DNA of 60,497 nt, the filler included, from Circinaria calcarea (Eukaryota), in NCBI GenBank assembly GCA_051942165.1. It is 8 parts of 8 records of this genome, joined end to end, with 100 filler letters (N's around TTAATTAATTAA, not from the genome) between each part and the next. Parts side by side here need not be neighbours in the genome. Positions count along the whole stretch, not along the records: positions 22,759 to 30,237 come from JAVECS010001317.1; positions 30,338 to 37,807 come from JAVECS010001318.1; positions 37,908 to 45,373 come from JAVECS010001319.1; 5 more parts are not named here. The stretch is one strand, 5' to 3'. Each line of letters starts with the position of its first letter. Within the stretch, counting starts at the first letter, position 1. The notes below the pieces were generated by a model. The model made no database searches, was not told the origin of the DNA, and was given only the letters and a program-made list of their open reading frames with translations. The translations under genes and the position numbers were made by a program. This document shows positions 22,985-38,191 of this stretch, in pieces.

Positions 22985-24419
22985 ATGGGCTAATTGAAAT
23001 ATGGTTAAACAACGGAGGATTGAATATTAAGACACATCCTTATGATCCCACCCAGAGCTTGATATTATTAAGTGGGGGACCACCCAAACCCTATTTCAGG
23101 TGAATATAAGAGCATGATATGTGTACATGATCCATCTCTTTTCCGTTCGCGAACACATTATCCGGCTCCCTATAGTATGAGCATCCTTGCGGCCGGTCAA
23201 CCTTTTCCCGTATCGCCTCAACATGAGGTGCAGATGACTTGGATGGATCTTGCATTAGGAAGGGATGCAATGGGTTCACATCTGGTTCTTCGTGTGGGGA
23301 GGGTTCGAACGATCTGGCCGTGGTAAATGGAGATGGGATGGAGTCATCTGCTTACTCTTTGGTTCAAATGGCGGAGAGACTGCCTTGAAGTTTTTAGGAA
23401 CACCGCTGTAGTAGCATCCGTTTATAGCTGACACTCCGAATGGTCATGTTTACGATTCTGGAAAGTCGTGGCTATTGCTGTGCCACTTCGATTCAAGCGT
23501 TGCATGGTTTGGCCCCGATGTTGGGCAACGATGTCAGGAATGGACTGATTTGTTGAATGGATTTAGCTGTCGTCATATGTTGGCCCGCTCGCCCGTGCCA
23601 AAGACCGCCATTCCAGGAGATGTAAGTAAGATATAGGGGCCCATGGCCATGTTCAATGTTGAAGCGTCAATGTGGCAGGGATGTTGGAGCTCTGATTGGT
23701 GCTCTAAATCACATGCACGCTCGAGGGGCCGTGAACGCTGTTCTAGAAGGTTCAATCTAAGTTGGTGTCTCAAAAGGGAAGACGATGAAACTCCGGGGGT
23801 TACTCCGTACAAGGACTAAAGATACTAGTACTTGATGCATGGCTTGAGAGAAGGGGAACTCTGGTGGAGAGAGATGCTGCGAGGGCTCATATGATGGGGG
23901 CAGGGAGATGGGAAGGAGATAGCGAAGAGATGACCAGGAGTTGATTCTTCGGTCCCTACACTTCTGTACACCCTTCTCTCGAGTCGTCTGCAATCAATCT
24001 ACAGTTGCCGTGCCTTGACCGAGCCCCTGAAAGCTTACCTCCAATTTCACCTCTCGACTTTGCGACCATTTGATCCCACTGGTCACTTTAGCGAGGGAGC
24101 GTCCGTGCACAATGTCAATGGTCATAGATGCCGCTCCGAATAGAAACCCCCAACAACCATACAGCTTGACCTTATCGACCAAACTACCATTAAGGTTCAC
24201 TCGCCGTCTGGCTACTCCTTTTCCCCACAGGACAATGCGCTCGAAAGAGTATTGCACAGCCTGCGCGCGCAGTACCAATGGCCGCATCACTGCATAACCC
24301 TTCCCCGATCATTTTTCCTGGAAGCCGGCCTTGTGCTACCACTGCCGCTCAGTGATTGGCGATGACCACTTGGCTGTCCTGGAAAAGCCCTACGACCCCG
24401 TTGAACATACCCGCCGCCA

Positions 24420-27400
24420 ATGATGGCCAGAAGAGAAGCTACGCAAGCACCGCCGGTGCAACGGGCATCCCCCGCCGCGAACTTTCTCGATTTTGGCACT
24501 CCCATCAAACAGGCATCCTGCCAGAGATCACCGCCCCGGACGCCTCCATCGCATATATCTCGTGCCGCGAAAGGAAAGGCTCGAGCAAAGGTGCCTCGCC
24601 GTCCCGCCATTCGTGATACCTTCTCCTCAAGCAACGATGCAAGGGGCGGTGGAAATGAGCATCATCGCATTGGGAGCGATTCCCATGACCTGTCGTGGTC
24701 ACCAAGACAGGCACGCAACTCCATTGTTGACAACATGGTGCAGTCGTTGGATCAGATGTTCACCGGCAGCAGCCCTCCTAAACGTAGCCCGAGTACCGCA
24801 CACCCAGCGGGCGACGAACCTAGTCCCTACTCCATCAGGCCTTATAAGATGAGTCGAGGGCGCGGACATACTTTCTCATCTTCGCTTTCCGAGTTCGACC
24901 TCAAGACATCAAACCGCTCGGCCTATTATCCGAGCCATTCGTCTCCGGGGCATCGAAGCAACAGCAACTCTACGGCCCAATCTACCGTTCGCAAGACAGA
25001 CAATACCAATGCTGAGGACGATACCTTGGAGAGAGTACGAGAGAAGTCTTATGGTACACAGAGAGCTCTCGAACCGGCGGAAAGGACAACAGCTAGTCGG
25101 TCAGGCAGAAGGAAGGGCAGCAAGGGTAGTGGTTCATCAAGTGTTGACCTTGGTCAAATGGTCGGCGGACCGCGATGGCGGCCGCCAATTGATCGACGCT
25201 CGTCCAGCTTCGATCAAGGTTACGAGAAACCGGGTAAAATCACATCAAGCCCGAGCACAGTCCCACGGACACCGTCGGCGCCATCGGTAATGAGTCGCTC
25301 TCTTCCACATAACTACGATGAATTTGAAGCTGCTCCAACCCCGACCGTCCCTATCGGTCCTCGCAGAAATCGATCACCCCAACCTAACACTGTTATTCCA
25401 TCGCAAACACCACATGCAGCTGCAAAAACGTTGCCGGCTCGTGGCAAGCCCGGCATTATTTCGGCTATAGCGCCTCAGTATAAAGGAACGAACGCGGAGA
25501 GTTCCTGGATGCCCCGGGACCAGATAGTCAAGCAAAACAGCGCACGCGCAAAGAGTGACTCGGACAAGGGATATGCTATAGCAAACAATGTGGACGTTAC
25601 CGTTCAAAATCCTACCAGCTCGAATCGTAAGCCTTCATTAGTACCGACGCAGGATTCAGCAGTTCCAGGAAAGGAAAGACAGGGTTTCTTTAGGAGGGTA
25701 TTCGGGTCGTCGAGGAATGCAAGTCCCGTATCAAGCGATACGATGTCTTCACAACCCACTTACGCATCTCTCGAGAGTGCGAGAGCAGACAGCCGCGTTG
25801 GCCAAAATCCGACGATACCAGTTGAGAGAATTGCCAGGGCACCATCTGCCAATGAGGGTGCTTTCAACTCTCCCAAGGAATTGCCTCCTCTTCCGCTAAA
25901 CAAGAAGACGTCATTCTTTCGACGTAGGAAAAAGTCCATTTCTGGAGATGTGGCTATTCCCGTACTTCCTCTGAATATAAAGTCCGAGATGAGAAGTCCT
26001 TTTAGCATGCAAATCACGGAATCGAGTCCGGTAAGCAGTCTTCGGAAAGTGATGGATCCGTACCTGAACAGCCCGGTGGCTTTGCAGAACAATCGTGATG
26101 ACCTTGCAAACGGAGAGTCTGGGAATTTTGACAGGGCCTTCCTTGCTGGCTACGCCGCAAGAAACGAATCTACTAGGAGATCTGGATTAGGTTCATCTCA
26201 CAGCAACAAGAGTATACCCATTGCTGGGACACTTTATGATCATGGGCTCCTCATGGCCAGGCGAGGAAACCTTAATGCTGTGGTACCCTCTACTCCTGGC
26301 TTCTACCCAAGCGAGGACGCTACCTTTCTACTTGACAGTAGTGGAACTGAAGGTCAACCGGATTCACCCATTCCACTTAGTTCACCCAAAACAGCGGCCC
26401 CGGTGGCCCGTATGGCACAGTTGGAAATAACCAGCCCGTCCCCATCAAGCTCCGCAAAGGATGATATAATGTCAAACAAAGAGAACGAGCACCCATCACC
26501 TATGGGTTCTACCCCACAGCCTGATAGGGATGTGAAGGTACCATCTGTAAAAGTCTCCCCGCTGTCTTTGCGCAAGGATGGTATTCCAGAATCCAGATAC
26601 GAGCCTCAATCACAGAGGGTCAATTTGAAAGACTGGTATGGCCCTCCTCAGCATTCACCCATAACGGAAACGCCAAAATCCAAGGATTCGTCTCATTATT
26701 CTACACGTATCTTCCTCCAACCCACTGCATCCGAAGAGGCTTTAAATGAACCATTGGCTCCATCAATTCCGCTTGAGACAGTCCATTCTTCTGCGCCAGC
26801 TTCCGAAACTAGCGTCGGTGAGGTAAAATCAACATCATCCGTCCATCCCAGCCCGACGATCGAGTATCCGCCGGAAGCACAAGAGCTGTGCATTGCGACC
26901 GAATTCGATGAAGGATCATCTGAGATCGATACCAACCAACCCAATGATTCGGACCGTCTCCAAGCCCAAATCATCTTCGACGGTGATGACCCCGAACTGG
27001 ACAAGTCAAAGGCTGCGCCTTGGCTGGGAGAGGTAACTCCGGAACGGGCCAGAGTTCGAAGGGCGTATATGGAACTATTCGATTGGCAAAATCTTAACAT
27101 TCTGGCTGCCTTGAGGATTTTGTGTGGTAAACTCTTCTTGAAAGGGGAAACACAACAGGTGGACCGGATACTTGATGCCTTCTCCACTCGATGGTGTAGT
27201 TGCAACCCGAATCATGGGTTCAAGGCAACGGATGTTGTCCACACCATCTGCTATTCCATACTGCTGCTCAACACTGACCTCCATGTGGCGGGCATCGATC
27301 AGAAAATGACCAGAACGCAGTTCATCAAGAATACCATGCCCACGATCCGACGTGTGGCGGCAGATGCTGCACCTGATGGCTTCGAGACCGTGCGTAACTC

Positions 27401-29247
27401 TATTTTACCTCCTCCTAAAGGACAGTTGCCGTTTACGGCTCCAACCTCACCAAACTTCAAGACTACGACGTTCCCTATTGAGTCGAGAGACCGACGACCA
27501 TCCATGGATGACCGACGGCCGATAAATAGGCTTTCATCGAGACCCTCGGATCACTCCGATCAGGTCATAGTTTCCAGCGCACGTTTTACAACCTTAGATT
27601 ACGAGACGCCAATCGATGACTGCGGGCCTCTAGTCAAGGCACCCTTCTTTGGAAAGCTCAGTACATGGGAAGTGCAAGTGGAGATTGTGCTAAAGGAGTT
27701 TTACAACTCCATCCGTCAACGAAGGCTGCCTCTCCATGGTAACGATGATATCGATCCGATGCCTGGACCAACACACTCATCTAACAGCTTATCGGCATTG
27801 ACGGGTACCATGCTTCGTCGTACACCTAGTATGCTCAGCAAAGCTGGATCAGACTATCAAACTATGAGAGGGAGGCTACAGGAAGTCAGAAACGGTTCAA
27901 ATCGGTGGGCATCCAAGACCAGGTCTCGACCACGTCTTTATCCCGCTTCAGCGGCGCATTCAAGCCGAACGAGTCTCGACGATCAATCTTCGGTGACGAG
28001 TCCGTACGCTTCAAGTACGTGGAGTAAACATTCTTTCGGAAAGACGCAAAACTCAATGTCTGTTGATTCTTTCGCATCGAACCGTCCACAGGGTAGCTAC
28101 AACCAGTCGATTGGGTTTGCCAATGCTCTCAGTCAAGCCATTATCCGGGAAGAAGCTGCCGTTGGTGACAAAACTGACGAAACCCTTCACGTCGCTCCGC
28201 TATTAGAGGACGAGAGCCTTGAGTTGGCTGGTGCGCCATGGGCTAAGGAAGGTATTCTGAAGCACAAACACCATCTCGAGTCCGTTGACAGAAGAGCAAA
28301 GCCCAGGAATTGGATGGAGTGTTTTGCGGTCGTCGAAAAAGGCTGGATGCGGCTGTTTCAATTTAACATGAATGCAAAGTCGATGCGCCAGAAAATGAAA
28401 AATCAAAAGGCCAATGGCGGTGTGGTAGGTGGTGGTAATTGGACCGAGAATGCTGAAGCTCTCGGCAAGTTTCTTCTGCGGCAAACCATTGCCAGTGCAT
28501 TGCCACCTCCTGGCTACTCAAAGACAAGACCTCATGTCTGGGCCTTGAGCTTACCGACCGGCGCCGTCCATCTCTTCCAAGCCGGGACGCCGGAGATTGT
28601 TAGGGAATTTGTGACCACCGTCAATTACTGGAGTGCGAGATTATCAAAGGAACCGCTCATAGGAGCTATCAGTAATATCGAATATGGATGGAGTGATGCG
28701 GTCATCAATACCGCTCTTCTCCCCGCTGACAACCGCACTCCACCGAATAATGCCGCTGGACCCCGGCCAAGCCTCCAAAGTTCCATCAGAAGCTCCATGG
28801 AGCAAGGAAGCGTACGGCCGAAGCTGCCTGGTGATAGAGTTGTCATTAGCGATTGGACACCTCCGCAGCAGAGCATGATGGCCAGTGCACTCATGGAAAT
28901 AGACCAGTTGAAGGCACTTACAACCTATGTCAAGAACATTGAAGAAGAGTTTCAGAAGCACAACGAGTTGAGGAGCGTGATGCTCCTTACTGTAAGTTAA
29001 GTCCAGTCATTGTTGAATACACTCTTGAGAAGCTTCAGACGTACTAATCTCAAAGCAGTTCTCCCCCCGTCATCCCAATCACACTAAAGCCATGGCGAAC
29101 TGGGAACGTAAATCTTCATATCTCCTGAGAGAGATTGTCAAGTTTAGAACATATATCGATGCCTTGACGGCCGCGCAGGCGCAAAAAGACGTCATCCTTG
29201 CTGCAAAGGTGGATTCTGTCAAACCGGAAGAGGGGACAGGTTCATGA
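24420..29247 (+). CDS. Arf guanine-nucleotide exchange factor with Sec7 and PH domains (Syt1-like)
   Basis: Sec7 motifs LKGETQQVDRILDAF and CYSILLLNTDLH; PH-like KEGILKHKH...RPHVWALSLP...NYWSARLSK. Final intron after 28991 leads to a last exon FSPRHPNHTKAMANWERKSSYLLREIVKF...GS*. Confidence 0.93.
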
Positions 29248-30237
29248 GTACTGGATTCTAGCCACTGAAACTCTCGTTTCAACTTGAAGGAACACACATT
29301 CTATGCTTTTACTTAATGCTCTTCGATTCTTGAATCCTCAAAGCGTGCTTTGGTTCCGAGAAGGAAAAGGATACACTCCGCTTTTGTTTTTATATGCTCG
29401 CGGGACAACGCTGTAACAGTAGCTTTTACGACAGCTGGCTCCGAGCAATTTATTTCTTGGTTTATGGGTGCGAAGAGGGGATGGGGAAGCAAGGTCTTCG
29501 TTCGGATACGGGGAGGCTGCGTTGGCTTCAGGAGGGATAATCTCTCAGTCGCTTCACAAATTAGGAGGAAACTTTTGACCTGGGGCCGGAATACCTTGAA
29601 GCTTCCTGGGTAAAGGGGAGGGTATATAGTGCGTTGATCTCAGCCCCGGATCTAATCGCTTTTTTTGCAATTTCTCTGCTACGAAATCTATTCTTGTTTC
29701 CTTGATCTGCTTTCTGATTTTTTGGGGGTTGGTGGGACATGAAGCGGTGTGGAGAACCGTTTTGGCTATTAGCTAGATAGACGTGGTCGGCTCAGGGGCA
29801 GTGGAGCTCCTTGCCGGTTTGTTATGTATCTTTATTAGAGTTAAGACAGGCTTTTTTTCCCCAACCACGGCTTAAACGCATGCAAATCGTTTCTCGGGTT
29901 TTGTGTTGCGCAGTGTCTCTCTCTCCCTCCCTCTCTCCCAATGGCCTTCCGCTGTCCAAAAAATTCTACACCAGTGATGACCCCTCTGGTTGAGGTAATG
30001 ATAACCCGTGGTTTTTTGGTACTGTGAAATTTTTGTTATGGTGTGGCTGGCTGGGGTGGGGTATACACGTATATAGTATATTAGTTCCCTGACCAAATCC
30101 CCCTCCTCAGTAATAAATCAGAAATCTTTGGATATCTGCTTGGAGATAAACTTGTCCTTCTTTTCTGGGTTGGGTTGGGGTTGGGATGGGCTGGGGTGTA
30201 TGTATCTTCTCCCCTCCCATCCCCTCCCACATTGCTC

Positions 30238-30337
30238 NNNNNNNNNNNNNNNNNNNNNNNNNNNNNNNNNNNNNNNNNNNNTTAATTAATTAANNNNNNN
30301 NNNNNNNNNNNNNNNNNNNNNNNNNNNNNNNNNNNNN
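30238..30337. other. Artificial contig spacer
   Basis: N44-TTAATTAATTAA-N44. Confidence 0.99.
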
Positions 30338-31569
30338 AGAGCGGTGGTGGCCGAGGGTGTTTCAATAGGAGGTGCCGGTTTTGGTGCCCTCACACCAGCT
30401 AGACGGTCGAAAGAACCGGTTGGGGCAGGCCGCTGAGCGCGTGCCTGTTTCTCCGTCTCGTATTTCTCACCGGATTTAAGATCGCCAATCCGCATCTGGC
30501 GCCAGTCCTGCAACTGAGCAATAGCTTGGCGGAGGTTGTGCTCGTATTCAAAGCCTTGAGCTGTGTCATTGAAATCAGACCGGTTCATCATCCGTGCAAA
30601 CGGTTTTGCCTTGTTAAAGAGGTCCCGCTCTTCCTTCGTACGCTTCTTGTCGATGGCGGCGGCTTTGCGGTATTCGAGGAGATTGTGCTCAAATATCGTC
30701 TTTTTGCGCTCGGCACGAGCGGTAAGCCGAGAATTGTAAATGTCCATTACTACCATCTTGAGTTCCATTTCAGGGTCTAAATCACCAGTGCGTGGGTTGA
30801 TGCCCTCCCCGGGTTCGAATTGCATGCTCTGGACAGCTTCTTCGGCTTCGTTGGCGAACTCGGTCTCGAATTCCAACCGACCAGGCATATACCCTTGAAC
30901 TTCATGACAAGCTGGAACAGATGCTGTAGGCTTTTGCTTAGGGGTAGCTGGAGGAGCGGACTTGGCAGCTTCTTTACGTTCTTCAACCCGTCGTTTCTTA
31001 CGGGCTTGAAATTTCTCACGTGGGACCTCCTCAAGAAGACTTATATCCCTCGGATCGGCCTTCTCAGGGAGGGGAAAGTTGGGACTGTCGATGTAGGTCT
31101 TGATGTAGTGATCTCGAACCTCTTCTTTGGTGCGGTATCCGCCAATATGGTCCGCGATATCGGCCCATGACCCCAAACCATACACCTCTGCCCCCTCCAG
31201 CAGTAGAAGTTCTTCATCAGCACCCCAATCCTTGGTGTAGATAGGTATTGAATGCTGCTCTATGACTGAGTAAGGGTGTGTTGGTGGGTCATGGTTGCGC
31301 GAGGTTGCCCCGTTCGCAAAGCAAGGCACGCAAAGATCATATTCATCGCAGGCTGGGTCGGCACACCTTATTCTCACCTGCGCATCTTTGTCAGTATGAG
31401 CCTTGTGCTTCTTCCGCACAGGCATGACAGGAGAAGGAAAATCCAAGATGGGCTTAGCTGAAACGAGGCCACTTACAGTTGATGTAATATCAGCGGAGCA
31501 AACATCACATATGTATTTCAAGCCGCCTTCCGTACCTCGCGTAACAGTTTTCTTTCTAATCACACCCAT
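30338..31569 (-). CDS. ADA2: SAGA/ADA transcriptional adapter Ada2; 3' end cut
   Basis: MGVIRKK start, ZZ finger (CDVC...RIRC...[10 protein letters not shown]), SANT domain ([29 protein letters not shown]), [13 protein letters not shown]. Intron 31378-31476. Confidence 0.97.
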
Positions 31570-32335
31570 GCTGAGACCTAATCTGAGGGACACACTCAAG
31601 CGAATCAATATAGGGTTTGTCCGAATGCGCCACCGTACTACATAGAGCTTCTCTTCAAATCTGTATGACGTCGGAATGTTTCCATGGACATACCCCAAGA
31701 ACACAACAGAGCAACGATACAAGATAGGCGGTTAAATAGTCAGCGCAGATCCACAATGAACGAGGGTTGATATATTGACTGTATCCTCTGTAGATAGGTA
31801 CTGTGGCAGTTGAAGCTCAAAGGTCTGTAGTTGGGCTGACCAATCACACCCCGGAGGCGGCTCTCATGCAGCCCGGCCGGGGTATTTCAAGCCGACACGC
31901 GGAGATAATTGTTGCCGCCCCCACCAGTTTGACCACCGATCTCCCCTAATCAAACGACTGGTGCATTCAAAACATAAGTTTGCAGTATCACAAGTACCTG
32001 CAACTCATTGCTCTCCTTACCATCGACCATTCGTCGCTGGTTCAGGTTACTGTTATCCGTCAATTTACACTTACACCTTTTCGATTTGGATTCCTTGAAG
32101 GAACGATCGATTGCCACATCTTCTATTGTGTCTCACTATCCCGCATTGACAGGGCTGTTTGCAAAAATTACCCTGTGGTACGAAGCCCGCAGTGAATATA
32201 CTGCACACATCAACACCCCAGGGTACTTTGGATCAAGCTTCCGTTTGGTCCGACTTCACATTCGCATTGTTTACCTTCTCACCTTACCAGCCTCATCCTC
32301 CCCACTCAAAGCGCATATAACAACTTGTCATAACC

Positions 32336-34508
32336 ATGTCGTGGAACTTGACTAAGAGTAGGATTCCCATGGGAAAATCACCACGAGGCATAAACTGACC
32401 GGCTTGCAGAATTCAAAGAAACCCATTTGGGTCCCTTGAAGAACTCTCTTAGTCGCTCGACATCGACTTCCACAATCAAGCCCGAAACCCCAGAGCCAAT
32501 AGAAGAAAAGGCCAGTATCAGTAGTGGCAATGGAATTGGTATGTTGAAAGGCATGTATTCAGGATCATCACTAATAATGCACAGCTGCATCGGAAGCCAT
32601 GGTCTCTCCTCCAGCCGCTCCGGCCAAGCCTGGAATTTTGATCGTCACTCTTCATGAGGGGAAGGGATTCTCGCTGCCTCAACAATACCACCAAGCATTT
32701 AGTGCACAATACCAACATCCATCATCTTCAGGCAGCGGTTTCTCAGTAGCTGGTTCCATGCGGCCAAACTCATCCTCCGCTCGAAATCCAGGTGGAATGG
32801 CAGGGTCATACGCCCCAAATGCTCGACCCCAGTCAACTATCAACTCTGCACCTTCAATTCACGGACGCTATCAATCAAGATATCTACCTTATGCACTCTT
32901 GGACTTTGACAAACTGCAAGTGTTTGTTGATGCAGTAGCAGGAACTCCGGAATGTCCTTTTTGGGCTGGCGATAAAGTACAATACAAGTTTGATGTCTCA
33001 CGCGTGACGGAACTCTCGGTAGCACTTTATCTAAGGAATCCGAATGCACGACCGGGAACGGGGAGAAGTGAAGACATCTTCCTAGGTCATGTCCGCGTCA
33101 ATCCACGATTTGAAGAACCTCGCCAGTATGTTGAAGATCCGAAGGCTAGCAAAAAGGATAGGGAGAAAGGAGCCTTAGCATTCGCCCAGCAGGAGAGACA
33201 ACTGGGGCAGAGCGGAGATGAATGGCTTGATGTGGCGTTCGGTACCGGATCCCTCAAAGTCGGTGTGACCTTTGTAGAGAATCGACAAAAGGCACTAAAG
33301 ATTGAAGATTTCGAGCTCCTCAAGGTTGTCGGGAAGGGCAGTTTTGGCAAGGTCATGCAGGTCAGGTTAGTCAGCCTGATCCAGTTAATGCGCACGTCTT
33401 CTCGAATACGCTAACATATGTGGTTTTAGAAAAAAGGATACTCACCGCATTTACGCTCTCAAAACGATCCGAAAAGCACACATCATCTCTAGGTCTGAAG
33501 TAGCGCATACACTGGCTGAGCGATCAGTCTTGGCACAAATCAACAATCCTTTTATTGTTCCGTTGAAATTCTCCTTTCAATCTCCTGAAAAGCTTTACCT
33601 CGTACTTGCTTTCGTCAATGGTGGGGAACTATTCCATCATCTCCAAAGGGAGCAAAGATTCGACGTCAACCGATCAAGATTCTACGCGGCCGAGCTCCTT
33701 TGTGCTTTGGAGTGTTTACATGGGTTCAACGTCATTTACCGAGATCTCAAACCAGAAAACATCCTTCTCGATTACGCCGGTCATATTGCGCTTTGTGATT
33801 TCGGGTTGTGCAAGCTCGATATGAAGGACGAAGACCGAACGAACAGTAAGTGAATATCTAGGCCGAATGGAACTCTCTGTTAACAGTTGATGCAGCGTTT
33901 TGCGGTACTCCCGAATATCTCGCGCCTGAGCTTCTACTTGGTCAAGGGTACACTAAGACAGTGGATTGGTGGACACTAGGGGTACTCTTGTACGAGATGT
34001 TGACAGGGTTACCTCCTTACTATGACGAAAACACCAACGAGATGTACCGAAAGATCTTGTCTGAGCCACTTCATTTCCCTGGTCCAGAGATAGTCCCAAG
34101 TGCTGCAAGGGATATCTTGACTCTGTTGCTGGACAGAAGGCCGGGGCACAGACTTGGGGCCAGTGGAGCTTCCGAAATCAAAGCGCATCAATTCTTTCAC
34201 AGTATCGACTGGAGGCGACTTCTGGGGAGGAAATACGATCCTAGTTTCAAGCCGAATGTGGTACGTGCACTCTACAGGCTCTGGACATGTTCGTTCACTG
34301 ACTTCCCAAGGCTGACGCAATGGATACCGGCAACTTCGACCGCGAATTCACTTCGGAAGCACCCACCGATTCATTCGTCGAAGGTCCGATGCTCTCCCAA
34401 ACGATGCAACAGCAATTCGCAGGCTGGTCCTACAATCGCCCGGTTGAAGGCTTGGGAGATGCGGGTGGCAGCGTGAAAGATCCGTCTTTTGGAAGTGTGA
34501 CTGGCTAG
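32336..34508 (+). CDS. YPK1: AGC-family Ser/Thr kinase Ypk1/Gad8 (SGK-like)
   Basis: [17 protein letters not shown] start; C2-like region; [22 protein letters not shown]/(T)[11 protein letters not shown]; hydrophobic motif FAGWSY. Confidence 0.96.
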
Positions 34509-35138
34509 GTGGAGTGTTCTGGATGCGATATGATCACGGTTGCAGATGGTTAGGCTTAGACGGCAATGCTCCGGTGGCTTGAGGCTCCCCGATGTTAAAT
34601 AGCCATGAATGAACAGCCCAACCTTCGTTGCTCGCTTCTGACATCGAGGGTGAAAGCTGCCTGTTGCCCAGATCTGATCATCCCATCTTTCTTTCTACCG
34701 TGGGGCTATATTCGAGCTGGACGAATCTCGGCATATATCCGCTTGAACGGTCTAACTGATAATTGGGGAGGAGGGACTTGACTTGGCTGACGCAGAAATA
34801 ACCTTTGGATTAGCGGCGGACCAAAATCCTTGGCAGCTGTGCTGTCGTTAGCGGGGCACTCGGATGCTGGTGGGGCAGCCATCGAGCCATCTTACGGAGC
34901 ACAGGTAAATAGAGCAATTGCTTTTTCTCGCTTGATAGTCTCTTCCTCCTCGCTCATTCTTGCCTTTCACGCCCTAAAGTCATACTTCCCTAGTACTGCT
35001 TATCTATAACGCTGTATACAGGCACACAGGTGGGTGATCTGCCTCCCCAATTGCTCGACTCCCTCAAAGCACTAAATGATGTAACATGCAGCAAAGCTTC
35101 AATTTCTCTGCTAAGACTTTTCGATTCATAGGGTCAAA

Positions 35139-36895
<1,757 letters not shown>

Positions 36896-37225
36896 GTTGG
36901 CAATCAAGCTGGTGAATTTGGGTAGGTACATGAGTACAGAGAAGATATGGGATAATGGTAGCTAGACGTTGAATACTCGAAGGCGATGCAAAGAATATGA
37001 ACAATGGACACTCCCTATGCCTTTGATAACTACCATCGTAACTCCGTATTGCCTTCCTACCCTTGATCATACTGTGCCATTTTTCGTATGCAGGCACAAT
37101 GACGCTACCACGAACCCATGTGCAAATCTACCCCGGATATTCGAATTGTGGGCTTGCGGCACTACATTTGTATAAATAGGCAGAACAGCCTAAACTATCC
37201 AAATGTTACTCGAAATCGTCGCGCC

Positions 37226-37807
37226 ATGGCTTCTTTTCTGTGGTATCTGCCAGCGGTTTGGCAGATATTCATCACTCCGTATATCAGTCTAGCTAGAGCT
37301 ACCACGACTGTCGAAAAGCCGCTCCAGTTGGGAAAGGAGGCAGTTGGTTATGCGCCGGGACAAGCTGTCCCCGTAACTTGCCTCGATCGGACCATGTAAG
37401 CACCGCAAACCCATCTCTTAGACCCGAAGGACCTGGTTGGAGACGATAGAGCATTTTGTTCAACTGTTGCTAATCGCCAAGTTGATATAGAGACACGGGG
37501 GAGCACGTAAGCCCCCTGATTCCGCCAAACCCCTCCTCAGGCACCATTCTCTTGGCCGCTATGGGTCCGCATGGAAATACAGACCTCTGACAGGTGTCCT
37601 CTGGAATCTAGATCACCGACTCCCACGGCCAACTCCAATACGTCCCCTTCCCCACCTGCAACGAAACCAAGCGGCCGCTAGAACTCTACTTTGGCGTCGA
37701 AAAAGGTACCTTCCCTCCCCTCAATCAAATCACCAGAAAAGATCTTCCCCGCCTCTAACCCGCTAAACTCTTCAATCTTCCCAGAAATCAATTGCACCCT
37801 CCCCTCC
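37226..37807 (+). CDS. Conserved-looking fungal secreted/membrane protein of unknown function, 5' part
   Basis: Hydrophobic N-terminus. Exons joined by canonical introns give ...VPVTCLDRTI/DTGEH/ITDSHGQLQYVPFPTCNETKRPLELYFGVEK/EINCTL, with a 16-nt micro-exon at 37491-37506. Confidence 0.75.
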
Positions 37808-37907
37808 NNNNNNNNNNNNNNNNNNNNNNNNNNNNNNNNNNNNNNNNNNNNTTAATTAATTAANNNNNNNNNNNNNNNNNNNNNNNNNNNNNNNNNNNNN
37901 NNNNNNN
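37808..37907. other. Artificial contig spacer
   Basis: N44-TTAATTAATTAA-N44. Confidence 0.99.
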
Positions 37908-38191
37908 CTTATAGACCGTGTTCAATAGACTCCATACTATTGAGCCTAGGGCAACAGTTCAACTACACCCTATGTAACCGTGCTATTACCAATCGAGACT
38001 TAACATATTCCTCATTAGGCCTCAAGGATTGCAGCGCCCTTACATATATTAAGGGCAGCACTTTAGCATAGAGAATAACAAGCAACCTTAACCTCTTAAT
38101 ATTCAAAGGCTATATCATTATCGATCCTTCAACGATCAAGAGTTTTCCCAAGATAATGTTAATCCCGCAAGTTATTATCGCGACTTATGCT

